Positions 12,931-27,283 are shown, counted from the stretch's first letter. The stretch is 64,000 bases of DNA from Phyllobates terribilis (GCF_046119375.1 NW_027362762.1:475292001-475356000); one strand, 5' to 3'. Made by a program: numbers and translations. Notes: generated by a model from the sequence alone, not told the origin.

Positions 12931-14961
12931 TCAAGCATTCAGTTAGACGGAACAGGTTGGACAACGAAGAGACTGCCCCGCTTGGCCCCTCCAAAACTAG
13001 ATATGCCAAGGTGTCCCGACTGATCTGACATTGATATCCAATCCTAAGGATAAGCCATCATCGGGATTGCCGAAACCCCTTAATAAAGAAAAGGCAAACA
13101 TTTGTAAAAACTATTTTTTATTATCAAAGATCGATAATGGACATCTGTACAGGCAAAATCAAGAAAAACAAATAGGTAGAGGAATGACATTAATTGAGAT
13201 CTCATATGAAAATAGAGTTTTATTGTTTTGTATGGAATACATATGGCTCCGGGAAACACTTGGGTGAAGCCATAAGTGCACATGAAGTAATGAGAGGTTT
13301 TCTTTTTACTATTTATGTAGATACATTTCCTAGTAGATGCTTAGAAACAAACCAGTTGGCAAATAATTCATCTGAAGCATAATGAGAAATATTGTGCATA
13401 AAGTCCAAGGTAGCAACTTCTAGGTTTCTTTCCATAACAGTTAGTGGTAAATCACAGATTACATGTGCTGTATACAGTTCAGTCCATAATACTTTTACGG
13501 ATCAGAGATAATGTGCAAGAACGGTTACATTGCCCATGTGTTGCTGTGTGCTAACCAGTAACATCACAAGTAAGCAGGCAAAAAAACAAAACAAAAACGC
13601 ACCTCCACATAGTGGCAGAATAAATGGACTGCGACAGCGACAGTTTCCAGCATAGAAGTTTTTGTTGTGCAGTCCTTTTCCTGGTCCTGATTAGAGTCAC
13701 TCACTAGGAAGCAATTTTTTTTTAAGGTAAAACGTTAGATTTAACAATATTTTTCAGATTGCTTTCTTTCACAGGTTTGTAGCAGCTTACACTGCTGCTC
13801 GGTTTAACCTCCTTTAAAAAAAAAATCTGCTTGATTCTACTGTCCTTATAAAAATATATTGGGGATACAACTGTTCTATATGTACATTGTAGACATTAGC
13901 TCTTCTATATCCAAAATGACAAAAATAAACCCTGCCGACAGTATAAAGCAGCGGTACAGTACGTAACACAGTCAGCTGAAGCTGTGAACCCCATAAATAT
14001 CAGGGGGAATCTGCTTACCCCCCACCCACAGTTCTGGTTACAGCTAGAGATAAGTTACACTTCTATACAATATAAAGAGGAAGGGGGGGGGGGGCGTTTC
14101 AATACATTTAGACGTTACATCATTCCGAATGCACAATTTTTATCCTAAGTAGATTATATGCAACATTGAGTATGCAGAAAACACAGGCAATACCAACAAT
14201 TCATGCATGCTACATTACCCCTCCATGGTCTGAAAAAAGAAAAAAAAATCTATGAAATTTACTCAATTTTCAGGCTGTTTTCACAAATCTGTGACACAGA
14301 CCGTCCAGCCAGCCAGAACTGCTTCATATATATGGGAGCCAGTGCAGGTCCGGAGACCCGACGGTCGAGACAGGTCTTCCAATCTGAGAGCGACCCATGT
14401 TTCACAGATATGTGATAAAAAGTTTAATATTTATAGCTTAAACAACTCAAAAACAGACCAGCTGAACAATAGAACTTTTCAGCTGTGCCCTTTATGGGCC
14501 GGGTACTATATCTACAAGGGCCAATAGGTAGTACAGGACTGGGTTTGTCAGACAATATGGCGTCAGGCATATGATTGAATTACATTTAGGGTACATCCAA
14601 AATGGAACATACTTTTACTGGTAAAAAAAAAATAAAAAATCAGAGGCAGATGCTAACAAAAATCGGTGACAAAATCTGAATGAGATACAGAATTATCACA
14701 GATTACACCCCATTACTGCATAAAGAGGAAATGTGAAGGGAAAAAGTTGCAAAATAAATTTTGCAGCACAGGTTTTAGGTAGTTTACATAATAAAATCTC
14801 ACCTAAAATGCTGCTACTGTATTACACTGCATATCCGCCGCGTGTGAACAAACCCTAGGACCCTTGGAGATCTACCACATATGTAAAGAATAGAAATTCC
14901 TAATGTGGCTTCCAATTTCTCAGCAGGTTTTTCCCCAAGAGGACACACAGAGATTATTTAA

Positions 14962-15431
14962 AGGGAATCGGTCTGCAAGATTTCACCCCCAAACTAATTA
15001 TATGTAGTTCTTTCAAAGACAAATCCAGCAATACCTTTACATGGCCAATCTGTTCCTCCATTACTGAGAAATCAGTGTTTGAATGGATATGCAAATGAGG
15101 CTGAAGAAATATTGTAGATCTGAAGCCTCTGTCACTCCAGCTCTATTTCCCAGCTCCTCCTGCATGACTGACAGCCTCTATGCTCTGTGAGTTCAAGCAA
15201 AGGAGCTGTCTGTCAAGCAGGAGGAGGCACAGCTGGGTGGGGAATAGAGCTGGAGTGACAGAGGCTTCAGATCTTCAGCCTCCTCATTTGCATATAAATT
15301 CAAACACTTTTTTTCTGTAACATAGGCTCAGACTGAACATGTAAAGGTATTGCTGGACTTGTCTTTGAAATATCTGAAAAAACTAGATGTACATATATTT
15401 TGGGGTGTGCTATCCTGCTGATAAATTCCCT
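14962..15431. mobile_element. Palindromic T2-type MITE
   Basis: TTAA-AGGGAAT...ATTCCCT termini. Internal inverted arms include GATCTGAAGCCTCTGTCACTCCAGCTCTATT / AATAGAGCTGGAGTGACAGAGGCTTCAGATC. Confidence 0.6.
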
Positions 15432-17418
15432 TTCATTTAGCCGTGAAATTGTGTGCGACTTTAACAGGGTATTATGTAACCCTCCAAGTATTGGCCACAT
15501 CAACAATTTATCAACAAGATACTCTGAATGTCTTCAAAACATGATGCACATTTGTCAAAGCTATATTAAATGCTTTCCCTGCAATATCTATATAACAATA
15601 AGCTTAGGTTTGACTTAAATGTTTAAACATTTTTTGCAGACTGCAATTTATCACCTGCCAAAACAAGGAAAAAAAATACCAGTATCAGGGATTTTAACCA
15701 CTAATACAGCTTTCTAAACAAACCGCTACAGCACCATTCTGTATGGCCTATTATCTTCATACAATTAGGAAAACTGCATGTCTGGGCTATCTGGTCAGGA
15801 ATACAATTCGCTGTACGGATCGGGACTCCTCTCCTCTGCAGTCAGCACATGGTCTCTTATGACTTGGATTATGGAGACATTGCCCAAGCTTCCCTAGAAA
15901 CCAGTCTGTTATAGATTAATATTCAGTTTAAGCCATTTGGTACAGTGCTGAGATAGGGTAAGAAGCCTTGGCAGTGTTATATGTTCCTGCTTTTTAAATC
16001 AGATTTTTGTAAAAATTTTATTTGGAGTAAAACTTATGAATAATGAAAAAAACTGTTCAACTAGTGACAAAACAACAGGGAAATATATTAAGGTTTCCCA
16101 ACATCCGCAGGTAATGTATTACTTAATTTAAGTTCTGTAGGAACCCAAAAAAATTAGGAATAATAAATACCAATTTGATTTGCCAATCTATTTTAATACA
16201 GTTATTAGAAATGATATTGTACAAATAAATACTGCATATATTTTCTAATTAAAAGACTAAGTAAAAACCTATCTGCTGGTGTAAGGGTATGTGCACATGA
16301 CAGCTTTTTCAGGAGGAGGATGCAAATTAACATATGAACTGCAGTGTCAAAACTACTTGCTGTGCACATGTTCAGTCTTCTTGAGCCTTTTAACAGCTTC
16401 AAAGTTGTGAAACAGTTAAAAGAAATGACCTGACCATAGTTTAGACAACTTCCGCTTGCAGGCCACTCACTAGTTTACATATAGCAAATATGAAAAAAAC
16501 CCACAAAACTACAACAAAAAAAAAAAAGGAAGCGGCGATGCCGCTGCCACAAGCGCTGCCCACAGGATGCCAAAGAAGACACTTCAGGAAAAATCCCACC
16601 GGTGTTTTCTTGAAGCACCTTTTGCGTCAACAACTCAACGAACACACCAGCGTCTAACAAAAACATAGTGTGCACATGTCCTAAGGGAGAAAGTCTTCAC
16701 TGGCCTCTGTACAAGACTACGCATCCATGGGCTACATGTATTAAAAATATTCCTTTAATGGCTCAATCAACATTTATGAGAATATATCAACCCAGCTCTC
16801 CAAGAACTAATGAAACCACTGGGACTTTTACATTTTTCCAGCCCACAAACCTGCCTACATGGAATATGTGCAAGTGACCAATATGTTTAAAAATAAAAAG
16901 ATCATTTAATAAAAGCCATAATCTGTAAGTGCATATGATGCAAATCATGCAATTCCTTTGGTTTTTCCCACTGCGATCATCTTAAATATTAGTACATAAG
17001 ACAATACATTTTATTTAGTAGTCTTGTATACAACTTCGGTTTTAATTAAAATAAACCAGGTTTAAAAACGAAAAAAAGTTCTTTTTAAAAACACTTTAAA
17101 GACAATAAGACCACATCTATGGATGATTGTGAAAATTCTAGATGTGGGAGACAGAAGGGTTTTCACATGCTCATGAGAATCTGTTCCCTTGCTCCTATAT
17201 ACATACACAATGTGCAAGAAACATTACATTTACCTGTTAATTATACAAAGTTACATGCTTAGCGCTCACTTACACAACCAGACTGTACAGACAATATGCT
17301 TGCACAATTTCCTACTTGCCCTGCACATATTTTATAAGTTAAAGTGGATTTTATAACATTGTACTCAGTACCTACACAATTAGAAGCAGTAGCCATGCAA
17401 GCCAGGATTGCAATATAT

Positions 17419-17594
17419 NNNNNNNNNNNNNNNNNNNNNNNNNNNNNNNNNNNNNNNNNNNNNNNNNNNNNNNNNNNNNNNNNNNNNNNNNNNNNNNNNN
17501 NNNNNNNNNNNNNNNNNNNNNNNNNNNNNNNNNNNNNNNNNNNNNNNNNNNNNNNNNNNNNNNNNNNNNNNNNNNNNNNNNNNNNNNNNNNNNN
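17419..17594. other. Assembly gap (176 N)
   Basis: Run of N. ORFs spanning it are artefacts. Confidence 1.
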
Positions 17595-17883
17595 TACTTC
17601 GTATTATATACAGTTGCAGTAAATGTGCCCTTCTTTTTACCCTGAGAGATCATGCATTTATTCCCTTTCCGAATGAATTGATAAAGCTTTTAAAAAAAAT
17701 AAGAGGGGAAAGGGCACAATCAAACAAGATGGCCGAGGTCCTTTTCTTTAGTACTAGGAAGCGCACATCATTTGGAAACCCAACGGGTATACACAGTGTC
17801 ATCTTCAGATTTTATGACAAAGTCCATTTTCTTCTAGAACTCAGACCTAAAATAAAGAAAAAAAAAAAAAAAAAAGTATTAAA

Positions 17884-17884
<1 letters not shown>

Positions 17885-17926
<42 letters not shown>
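17885..17926. repeat. (TA)21 microsatellite
   Basis: Directly visible. Confidence 0.95.
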
Positions 17927-17930
<4 letters not shown>

Positions 17931-18933
17931 TAGACTTTAAAAAGAATGGGCCTATGAAAACTACTAATGCTCCAGCATATATCTGTGTGGTCACCAGCCC
18001 AGTTTCCAGCTTAAAGCACCACTCCAGCATTTTTCTTTTTTTAATTATCCCCCCACGAGAGGTGTTACTAATGTCTCTTCCCTGCCTGTAGTAAAATATT
18101 CACCAGCAGCAACATCTGCTGTTCCTGGTGCTGCAGCCCGTCACTGGCCCTCGTGAACAATCCTTTGCCACTGTACATGTAAAATTTCCAAATAATAGTC
18201 ATCCGTAGAGGTCAGATTTTCAGAATTAGCCATTTCAGCTGAATTTTAGATTAGGTGTATAAAATTAGCAAGTTGCAGCAATGCAAGTTATTACACCTTT
18301 CATTGTCAATGTATTTTCAATTTAAAGGCTTGCCAGGGCTAGAATATAAGGCAGTCGCGTAGCTACCAAGGGGGCACCGGGTGGGGGGGACGGTCGTCCT
18401 TGGCCCCACGCTCAGAGGGCCCCATCCGGCGCTACGGTTCCCTAAACTATGTCACCCTATATCAGGGCATTAAGAGGAGTGATATTATTGCACCACACAG
18501 CAAGTGCAGTAATAGGGTGACATATGGCAGGAAGAGAGTTGAGAATTGATAGGGACGGGGCTGAAATGTGAGAAGTCAAATGTGTCTTTGTTGTAATCTC
18601 TGCAGAGGAGTCGTGGCTAGAGAAGTTGTCATGTCTGTCTGGGCCAGATGGAAGAGACAGAAAAAGTGAAAAACGCCATCAGAAAGAACGTCAGCTGTAA
18701 GTCATCATCTATAACTGTGCTGTAATCACTTGTATGGTCTGCAGGACTGTATCTACCACTATATGTCACTGTATGGTGGTGTTATCAGTTCTGGTCTTGG
18801 TATAGAGATGTATTTTCAGACTGGTGATCTGACTGATGAGGTTCCCCTACATCCACAATTAGGGTGCAGCACCGTAGTTGTAAACAGGGCCCACTTAGAA
18901 GTTTCACCCCACTTGAGCTGAACCCCTAACTTC

Positions 18934-19267
18934 CAGGGCTGAGGAGTCGGAGTCTGTGTCCATTTTGGTGGAGTCGGAGTCGGTATAAAATGACTCCTAA
19001 AATATATAATAAATTGGGTACAGTAGTTCAATGCAGTTTGTGGGGAATATTTTTTCATAAGAGTTTGGAAAAGTTATGAAATGTCCTATAAATGTCTGTC
19101 CTATTCCTGATCTAAGGGTCTAGACTTTTAGCTGAGATGAATCTGTGCTACAGTAAATTTATCACTTAAACATGAGCCATGTATGAGGGAGTCGTGTAGT
19201 CGGAGTTGGAGTGAGTGTCATGGAAATTGAGGAGTGAGAGGTTTGGCTTACCAACACCACAGCCCTG
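18934..19267. mobile_element. hAT-type MITE with GGAGTC repeats
   Basis: CAGGGCTG...CAGCCCTG termini flanked by 8-bp CTAACTTC / CTAGCTTC (7/8 TSD match). Confidence 0.75.
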
Positions 19268-21660
19268 CTAGCTTCGCCTCGGATATAAAACTTAGAGCCC
19301 AGATCTTAGTATGAAAATAAAGCCCAGAATCTTAGCCATCAAATGATATTTCAATAGATTAGGTGCAATATTCAGGGTGCTTCTGTTTGAAGTTGGCGAG
19401 GAGCATGTCCAGCAAGACAGCAAAAAGATCACAGCATGTTACTATGATCCTTACCTCTCAGCTTTAAGTGACACCAAGTGGGGACAGGGACCCTGCTTTA
19501 TGTAATCATCGTTTAACAAAGAAAATGTATGGCCACTGATTACTTCTGGTAACTTTCGATGCTGCATATAGCAAGTACCACATGCCATTTTGCGGCAAAT
19601 AATATCAAATGACATTTCATAGCCAGGTGACTACAGAGCCTCATCTCATCATGGACCCAAACTTTGCAACGCAGACAATAAGTCAAATAGTGGCCTGGGA
19701 GGGACCGTTCCAAGGAAGCCTCTATCTGTCAGGTCACACAGTTGTTGAAGGAGGGAGTATGCATCCCAGAAATTAGCAGGTGCAAAGCAGGCAAATAAAG
19801 AAAAAAAATGTAGCAATCTGCATAAAGCTAAAGATTGTGTTACGTTTGAAAGGTTTTTCTTTCTAATGAGATTGGAGGTCTATTAACTGTCTACAACCAT
19901 AAGAACAATCCCCCCAAAAATTCTGTAAAACAATTAAAAAAAAAAACTAACAGTAGGAATGGAGGTTGGCCTGAGATAATAATAATTTTTTTCCAATTTG
20001 GGAAGACCATCGTCAATGCAATTTGCTACCAGTCTGTGTAGTCACTGTCATGACAGGTGGGCTCATACAGCTTGTTAAATGACTACAATAGTTAGCGATT
20101 TGAGCTGCATATTTTGAAGAAATGTAATTTAAAGTACCCTTGTATGCATACTCAAGGAGCGGTGAATTTTTATGTCCATGTGCTTTCGCACTGCAGTCAT
20201 GGCACATTTTCACCTACAGATTTGATTTCATTTGTTAAGAAGTCACTAGCTAACCTCTCCAAAGAATGGATTATTATTCATGTGATATACAATCTAGTTT
20301 ATTCGTATGAGGGAATCTTTAAAGCTTCAAATTTGGCAAGGAAATTCAAAGCGCATCGAAGTTAATGTTCCTTTTTCTAGTGTGAGCTCTTTCAAGACTG
20401 TAGTGCATAATGTAGTGTTTTTTTGTTTTTTTTAAATAAGTTAAAAAGTTATAATACACACATACAAATATTAATATAAATATTCAAGATGTTCAACTGT
20501 ACACTACCCCGCATTCTCCTTTCTGCATGCCCTATCGCTTGACAACTTCCTTCATATTTTTTCACACTGTGGTGGGGTTTCTGGCACAGAGGACTGGGAG
20601 GTCTCTGAGGTCACTGCACAAAAAGTGACATTACGATGCGTGCTGTGACATCAGAGGTCTTCTCAGTGCCGGAAGCCCCAATGCAGAAAAAGGATGTTTT
20701 GCAACAGTGGAAAGCAGACAGAAGAGGCTGCAGAAGGACAGAGGAGTTGCGAGGAGACGAGACAAAAAAATATAATAAAAGTGATGGTTAACCTTTTACC
20801 TGGTTCTCCACAATTCAGCAAAATGGAGGCCTGAAATTCTATGAAATGAACTGCAAATATAATCAGATTCAGGAGAATCCGATTTTTTTGCAACATTTGA
20901 GGCGAATTTAGTACATTTTACCTATGTTAATGTTTTAAATAAAACCTTTTTCTTTGTCATTACCATTTTTCAATACCATCAAATTTATTCTTGTAAAAGG
21001 AATGATCATTGAAAACAATTAAATGAGAGACAAAAGAAAAGCATTCCATTCTATTTACAACATAAAATGGCAAAAATGCTGATCAGCCAGTTCCCCGAGA
21101 TATATAAATAATGACCTTACAGTTTACAAGTAGGTTGGAGTAACTGTTAACCCTACTTAAAGGGAAGCAATCATCAGAAAACGACCGGTTTAAATCAGTT
21201 TTTTTGTGCTACATGTATTTTTTGCTTTTAAATTCAGTACTTTGCAAAGGTTTTAGGCAAGGGTGGAAAGATGCTGTAAGGTGAAGAATAATTTTCAAAA
21301 ATAGAAGTGCTCATTTACTTTTATCAATTAACAAAATACAAAGTGAATGAGTAAAAAAGAGAAATCTAAATCAAAATCAATATTTTGTGTCACCAGCATT
21401 TGTCTTCAAAACGGAATTGATATGTTAAATCTTCAAGATACACTTCCACTCAGTATTTGTAAGTATTTGGCAGTGAGGTCATCCCAAACATTTTAGAGAA
21501 CTAACTGCAGATATTCTATGGATGTAGGAAATTTGCAAATCCTTCTGCCTCTTCATGTAATCCCCCATAGGCTCGATTATGTTGAGATTGAGGCTTTGGA
21601 GGGGCCATATTATCACTGCCAGGGATTCTTGTTCTTCTTTATGATGAGAATAGTCCTTAA

Positions 21661-24600
21661 CTGCTTCCCGACCGCTCACTGTATATAAACGTTGGCGCTG
21701 CTTGGGCTCTTTGCAGCGCTGACGTTCATAAACGGTCGGTGGTCCTTCAGTGCTCAGGACCCCCAGGGTCCTGCAAGCACTGCGGGTGCGGTGAAGAGCA
21801 GTAGCTCTGACAGAGGACATCATCGGGACATGATTAGATCAGTTCCCAATGATGTTAACCCTTTGCTATCTTCTAGATGCCTCGATCCATAGCGATCACG
21901 GAATTTAGGAGATAATGAGAGGAGAGTGGGTCGTCCACTCTTCTTTCCGACGGCTCCCGTAATGCCTGATAGGACCTGGCGTTGTCATTGCAGCTGGAGG
22001 TCACATGATGACCTCCGGGTCTGCCATGCACGGTGTCCTGCTAGGCTCAGCCAGCAGCTGAAGTCTAGTAGGAGATACTGACAGTGTAAAACTGTCAGCT
22101 GAGCACTCATGCAATGCAATAATAATAATTTGTATTCATATAGCACCAACATATTCCGCAGCACTTTACAATACCATGTCTATTGCATGAGAACAGTGAT
22201 TAGAGAAATAAAAATTGAAGTCCCATACAGCGACTAAGTAAAAATGAAAAAAAAAAAGTCTAAAAATGTTTTCCCAAAAAAATTTAAACCAATAAATCCA
22301 TATATTTATGCAAAAACAAAAAAAAGTACACATATTTGGTATTGCCGCATCCAGAACAATCCGATCTATAAAACTGTCACAATAATTAACCCCTTCTGTG
22401 AACACCGTAAAAAAAAATAAAAAAAAGGAGCAAAAAACTATGCTTTTTCATCATATCGCCAAACAAAAAGTGGAATAAAATGGCATCAAAAAGCCAAATG
22501 GAAATAAAAATGGTACTGCGGAAAATGTAATTTTGTCCTGCCCAAAAAAAAAAAGCCGCCATACAGCTCCATCAGCCGAAAAATAAAAAAAAGTTATAGC
22601 TCTCAGAATAAAGCGGTGCAAAAATTTTTTTTTCCTATGCAATAGTTTTATAGTGTAGAAGCGCCAAAACATAAAAAAAACTATATAAAAGTGTAGTATC
22701 GCTGTAAACATAAAATAAAGCTGCCTTATCACTTTTACCACAAGCAGAACAGCATAAAAAAATCCTCTAAAAACAAATCCTGAACTGCTGTTTTTTGTTC
22801 ATTTTACCTCCCAAAAAAACGGAATAGAAAGAGATCAAAAAATGTCACGTACCCAAAAATGGTACCAATTAAAAGATCAACTCATCCCGCAAAAAACAAG
22901 CTGTCACATGACTCTGTAGGCCGAAATATGCAAAAATTATTGCTCTCAAAATATAGTGATGCGAAAACTAGATTTTGAAAAAAAAAAGGGTCTTTTAGTG
23001 TGTGACAGCTGTCAATCATAAAAACCCCACATGAAACTGGTATCGCTGTAATCGCACCGACCCGAAGAATAAAGTCGTCTAATCACTTATATCACACGAG
23101 GAACGGCGTAAAAAATAAATAAAACCAATTCTTCACCTGCTGCTGATTTGTTTATTATGTCTCTCAAAGATGGCAGTAAGGCTCTGCTCACATTTATCCT
23201 GTGCTCTGCGCTGAGCGCTTACACCGGGGTTTCCGGGTAAATCTCAGAAATACGTGATTCAGACAGAACCCACGGCGGAAGATTCCCTGTCATGAGGCAG
23301 ATAGAGGCACTGTGGACTTCTGGCCTGTGATCCCACGGTGTCAGTTTTTTTAGGCGTGCATAAAAGTGCAGTTGGCCACAGTTTTGTGCACTTCTGAAAA
23401 AAAAGGGACACCGCTAAACAGAGGCCAGAAGGAGTCCAGAGTAACTGATGACCCATTATAGTGAATGGATCCCGCGGGGGTTTCATATGAATTACATCAC
23501 TTGAAGATTTAGATGGAAACCCCGATGTAAGTGCTCAGCCTAAAGCGCTGGATAAACATTATGTAAAATGTTCCCAATAAAAGCTTCAACTTAGTCCTCC
23601 AAAAAAGCTAGTCCCCACTCAGGTCCGTCATCTGTTAAAAATATAAGGGACTTCCAAGTTACTGGTAGCACAAAGGCTCTGGAAAAGCGAAATGGCCCTT
23701 GCCCCCCCAAAAGAAATTCAGAAAATTTTGTGCTCCCAAATCCAAATTCCTCCTTCCCGTCTGAGCCCCACAATGTGCATGTCTCCAGATGCATGTCTCC
23801 AGAAGCATGAGCTGGGCACAACGTACTGGTCACTACAGCGTACTGGTCACTTCAACGGCAGTTTGAAATTTTCACTCCGCAACATCCACTGCTGCTTGTT
23901 TCTGGAAAAGACCCATGGAGTCAAAATAGTCACTACACCTGTAGGTAAATTCCCAAAGGGGTATAATTTCCAAAATGGGGTCACTTGTCGGGGGGGATTC
24001 TGCTCTTCTAGCACTTAGGGGCTGTGTATATGGAGTCCGCAAACTATTCTACAATAATTTGTTCTCCAAGAGTCAAATAGTGCTCCGTCCCTCCCGGGTC
24101 TCGCCATATGGCTAAGTGGTACTGTACAGCCACATATGGGGTATTGCCACGTTTAGAAGAAATTGTGTGATTTCGGCACCATTTTTACCCATTGCCCTGT
24201 GTGAAAATGTAAAATCTGAGGCTAAAACAATTTTTGTGGTAAAAATATAATTAGTTTTTCTTCACTGCCCAATGGTATAAATTAAAAAATAAAAAAAATA
24301 CTCACTACTTCCCTACATGAATTCCTTGAGAGGTATAGTTTACAAAATGGTGTCACTTGTGGGGGTTTCTACCGTTTCGACATGTCAGCGACTCCTCAAC
24401 TATGACATGGTGTCTCCAACCTATCCCAGCCAACATAGCGCTCCTTTCTCTTCCAAACCCTGCAGTGTGCCAAAGCAGTAGTTTTCCACCAAATATGGGG
24501 TATCTGCATACTCAGGATAAATTGCACAACAAATTTCATGGTGCAATTTCTCCTGTTATCCTTATGATAATGCAAAATTAGGGGATGAAAAACATTTTTT

Positions 24601-25609
24601 GTGGGAAAAACGTAAAAATTTTATTTTTACGGCTCAATATTATAAACTTCTGTGAAGTACCTGGGGGTTCAAGGTGCTCACCACACATCTAGATGAGTTC
24701 CCTAAGGAGTCTATTTTCCAAAATGGTGTCACTTGTGGGGGGTTTCCACTGCTTAGGCACATCAGGTTCTCCCCAAATGCGACATGGCGTCCGCTAATTA
24801 TTCAAACAAATTTTACATTCAAAAAGTCAAATGGCGCTCCTTCCCTTCCAAACCCTGCCGTGCGCCCAAACAGTGGTTTTCCCTCACATATGGGGTATCA
24901 GTGCGCTAATGAGAAATTGCACTACAAATTGTGTATTCCATTTTTTCCTGTTACCCTTGTGAAAATAAAAAAATTTGGGTCCAAAGTAACATTTTTGTGA
25001 AAAAAAGTTAAATGTTCATTGTTTTCTTCCACATTCCAAAAATTCCTGTGAAGCACCTAAAGGGTTAACAAACTTCTTGAATGTGGTTTTGAGCACCTTG
25101 AGGGGTGAAGTTTTTAGAATGGTGTCACTTTTGGGTATCTTCTGTCATAAAGTCCCCTCAAAGTCATTTCAAATAAGATGTGGTCCCTAAACAAATGGTT
25201 TTGTAAATTTTGTTGGAAAAATGAGAAATCGCTGGTCAATTTTTAACCCTTATAACTTCCTAACAAAAAAAAAAAAATGTTGGTTCCAAAATTGTGCTGA
25301 TGTAAAGTAGACATGTGGGAAATGTTATTTATTAACTATTTTGTGTGACATAACTCTCTGATTTAAGGGCATGAAAATTCAAAGTTTGAAAATTACGAAA
25401 TTATCAAAATTTTCACCAAATTTCCGATTTTTTCACAAATAAACGCAAGTCATATCTTAGAAATGTTACCACTATCATGAAATACAAGAGGTCAGGAAAA
25501 AACAATGTCAGAATAAGTGGGATCTGTTGAAGCGTTCCAGAGCTATTACGGTCAGAATTGAAAAAATTGGCCTGTCACGAAGGCAAAAATAGGTTCTGGC
25601 GCAAAAGGG
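21661..25609 (+). mobile_element. Large non-autonomous TTAA-flanked element (copy A), piggyBac-like termini, internal tandem subrepeats
   Basis: TTAA-CTGCTTCCCGACC...GGCGCAAAAGGG-TTAA. Colinear with 42404-47017, 51236-60274 and the reverse complement of 60279-64000. No credible ORF. Confidence 0.8.
22117..22173 (-). mobile_element. Very short L2 3'-tail insertion inside copy A
   Basis: AATAATAAT-TTGTATTCATATAGCACCAACATATTCCGCAGCACTTTACA is a reverse L2-type tail flanked by CAATA repeats. It is absent from the same position in copy B (~42765). Confidence 0.6.
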
Positions 25610-27139
25610 TTAATGACATTGGATGCATGTTTGGGATTGTTATCCTGCAGCAGAATTAATTTGGATTTAATCAGATGCCTCCCTGATGGTATTGCATGAT
25701 GGATAATTATCTGCCTATATTTCATCAGCAATGAGGTCACCAAGAAATGGACAAATGTTGAGTGCTGTAGATGGTTAGTCAAGGAAACATAGTAAAATAG
25801 ATGAAAGACTAATCATGCTTACTACCTTTTGAAATCAGAAGATGTCCAGCAGTGCCATAAGCTCAGAACAGGTAGCAGCCAGTGGGAGCCAGCTATACCC
25901 ATATACTGTTCAGAGAAATCTGGCCAGAAGTGATCTTTATGGAAGAATTGCAGCCAAAAACTATACCTTGAACATAAAAACAAGGCCAAGTGACTCAACT
26001 ATGGACTATACATAGTTTAAGTGGTGCAGAAAAATGGAAGCAGGTGCACTGGACTACGGAGTCTAAATGTGATATGGCTGTAACATAAGACAGTTTGTTC
26101 GCCAAAGGGCTGAAGACCAGTACAATAATGAATGTCTGCAGGTAACACTGAGGTTCCTTGCAAGTTTTGGGCTGCACTTCATCAAATGGAGTTGAGAATC
26201 TGGTTAAGATTAATGGTTTCCTCAATACTGAAAAATACAAATACTTAAGCATTACGCAATACCATGATGGAGTTGGTAGATTTTCTCCAAATTTATTCTG
26301 CAGGACAACAACCCCAAACATGAAAAGAGAAGGAGTTGCACAAGCCTTCATCGGCACTTGTTTTCGGCTCTGCCTGCAGTAGGGCAAAGCATAGTGCGCA
26401 GTTGTGAGATTTCACCCGGCTATGTGGATGACCCAGGAGGTGTTATCCACGTCGATCAAAGCAGGAGAACAAAGAGCAGCAGCCTGGAGGAGGGATAAAG
26501 AGCCCAGAAAGGATGCCTATCGCACCGGACCAGCATAATTAACATGCAGCGCAGGACAACTTTAAAATGTTTTTGGGTAGTATACAGGGGGAGTCAGGGA
26601 GTTATATAACTATTTATGTAATGCAGCACAGGCGCTGATAAAGATGATTGTTTTAGATGACACATGACAAAACTGGTGACAGGTTCCCTTTAATCATACT
26701 GACATGGAGAGTCTTCATTCCATGTCATTTTTACCGCACAATAAGAGCCAGAAAAACAAAACCCAATAAACAAATGTTGGAAGGGTTTTTTTTTTTTTTG
26801 CAATCTCACAGCACTTGAAATTTTGTTCCCGTTTTCCAGGACATTGTATGATGTTTTTTGTGGAACAGGTTAAACTTTTAAATGAGAAGCCATCATACGT
26901 TTATGTTGACAGAAAGCTGAAAAAAACCATATGGCTAATGATAAAAGGGGAGGAAAAAACGAAAATGCAAAAATGAAAATTGGCTGCTGCAGGAAGAGGT
27001 TAAACAATGGGTCATTTTCTGATCAAAGTTTCCCTTTAACAGTGTAGGAAAAACAAAAACTTAAAGGATAGACTAACATTTACTGTGTAGAAATAGCACA
27101 CAAGGTCTATACCTTATAATTTACTTAAATGTTGACACC

Positions 27140-27283
27140 TTATTGCTCCAACTGCCGGATCCGTTCCTCCACCATGCTTTTTTGATGCCTCTGGCTTATT
27201 GGATTTTGCTTCCATCCTGTGGAGTCTGTCCTGTACAAATTGTCACTTGAATATTTTCTTCTAGAATTTAAATTATCATCAAC
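27140..27283 (-). CDS. LUZP1: LUZP1 terminal coding exon (47 aa + TAA)
   Basis: Acceptor TTTTTATTTCAAACCAG. Phase 0 matches the upstream donor. Reads VDDNLNSRRKYSSDNLYRTDSTGWKQNPISQRHQKSMVEERIRQLEQ*. A large coding exon plus a short last coding exon matches mammalian LUZP1 as I recall it. Confidence 0.7.
   Translation of the reverse strand, partial: VDDNLNSRRKYSSDNLYRTDSTGWKQNPISQRHQKSMVEERIRQLEQ

Larger units (their letters stand above)
21330..26340 (-). mobile_element. Decayed Tc1-like element split by the large TTAA element at 21661-25609
   Basis: Sequence on both sides of the TTAA (TGAGAATAGTCC-TTAA-TGACATTGGATGCATGTTTGGG) is colinear with the Tc1 remnant at ~37500-37850. Boundaries are approximate. 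Confidence 0.65.

Noticed and set aside
17344-18091. ORFs of 92-227 aa
   Set aside because: They are open only because of the N gap and the A/(TA)n tracts.
18830-18900. Other CTGATGA occurrences (also ~1221, 8863, 23449, 32821, 48908) as possible hammerheads
   Set aside because: None has a correctly placed stem II plus GAAA and a closing stem I.
20800-20830. 31-nt candidate minus-strand exon (TTTCAG...CAG|GTAAAA)
   Set aside because: It has splice-like signals only, with no frame or homology support.
1-21000. Expected 3' exons of KDM1A, the convergent neighbour of LUZP1 in mammals
   Set aside because: I found no KDM1A-like peptide (e.g. RLFFAGEHT) in the ORF track or by eye. Short exons could have been missed; tBLASTn would settle it.
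24357-25000. Recurrent ~70-110 aa ORFs (MLTTHLDKFPKGSSFQNGVTCGGFPLFRHIRG...) here and at 45781-46328, 53119-53505, 58979-59682 and 60911-61975
   Set aside because: They are translations of the non-coding subrepeat. Frames and stops differ between copies and there is no recognisable domain, so this is not a gene family.
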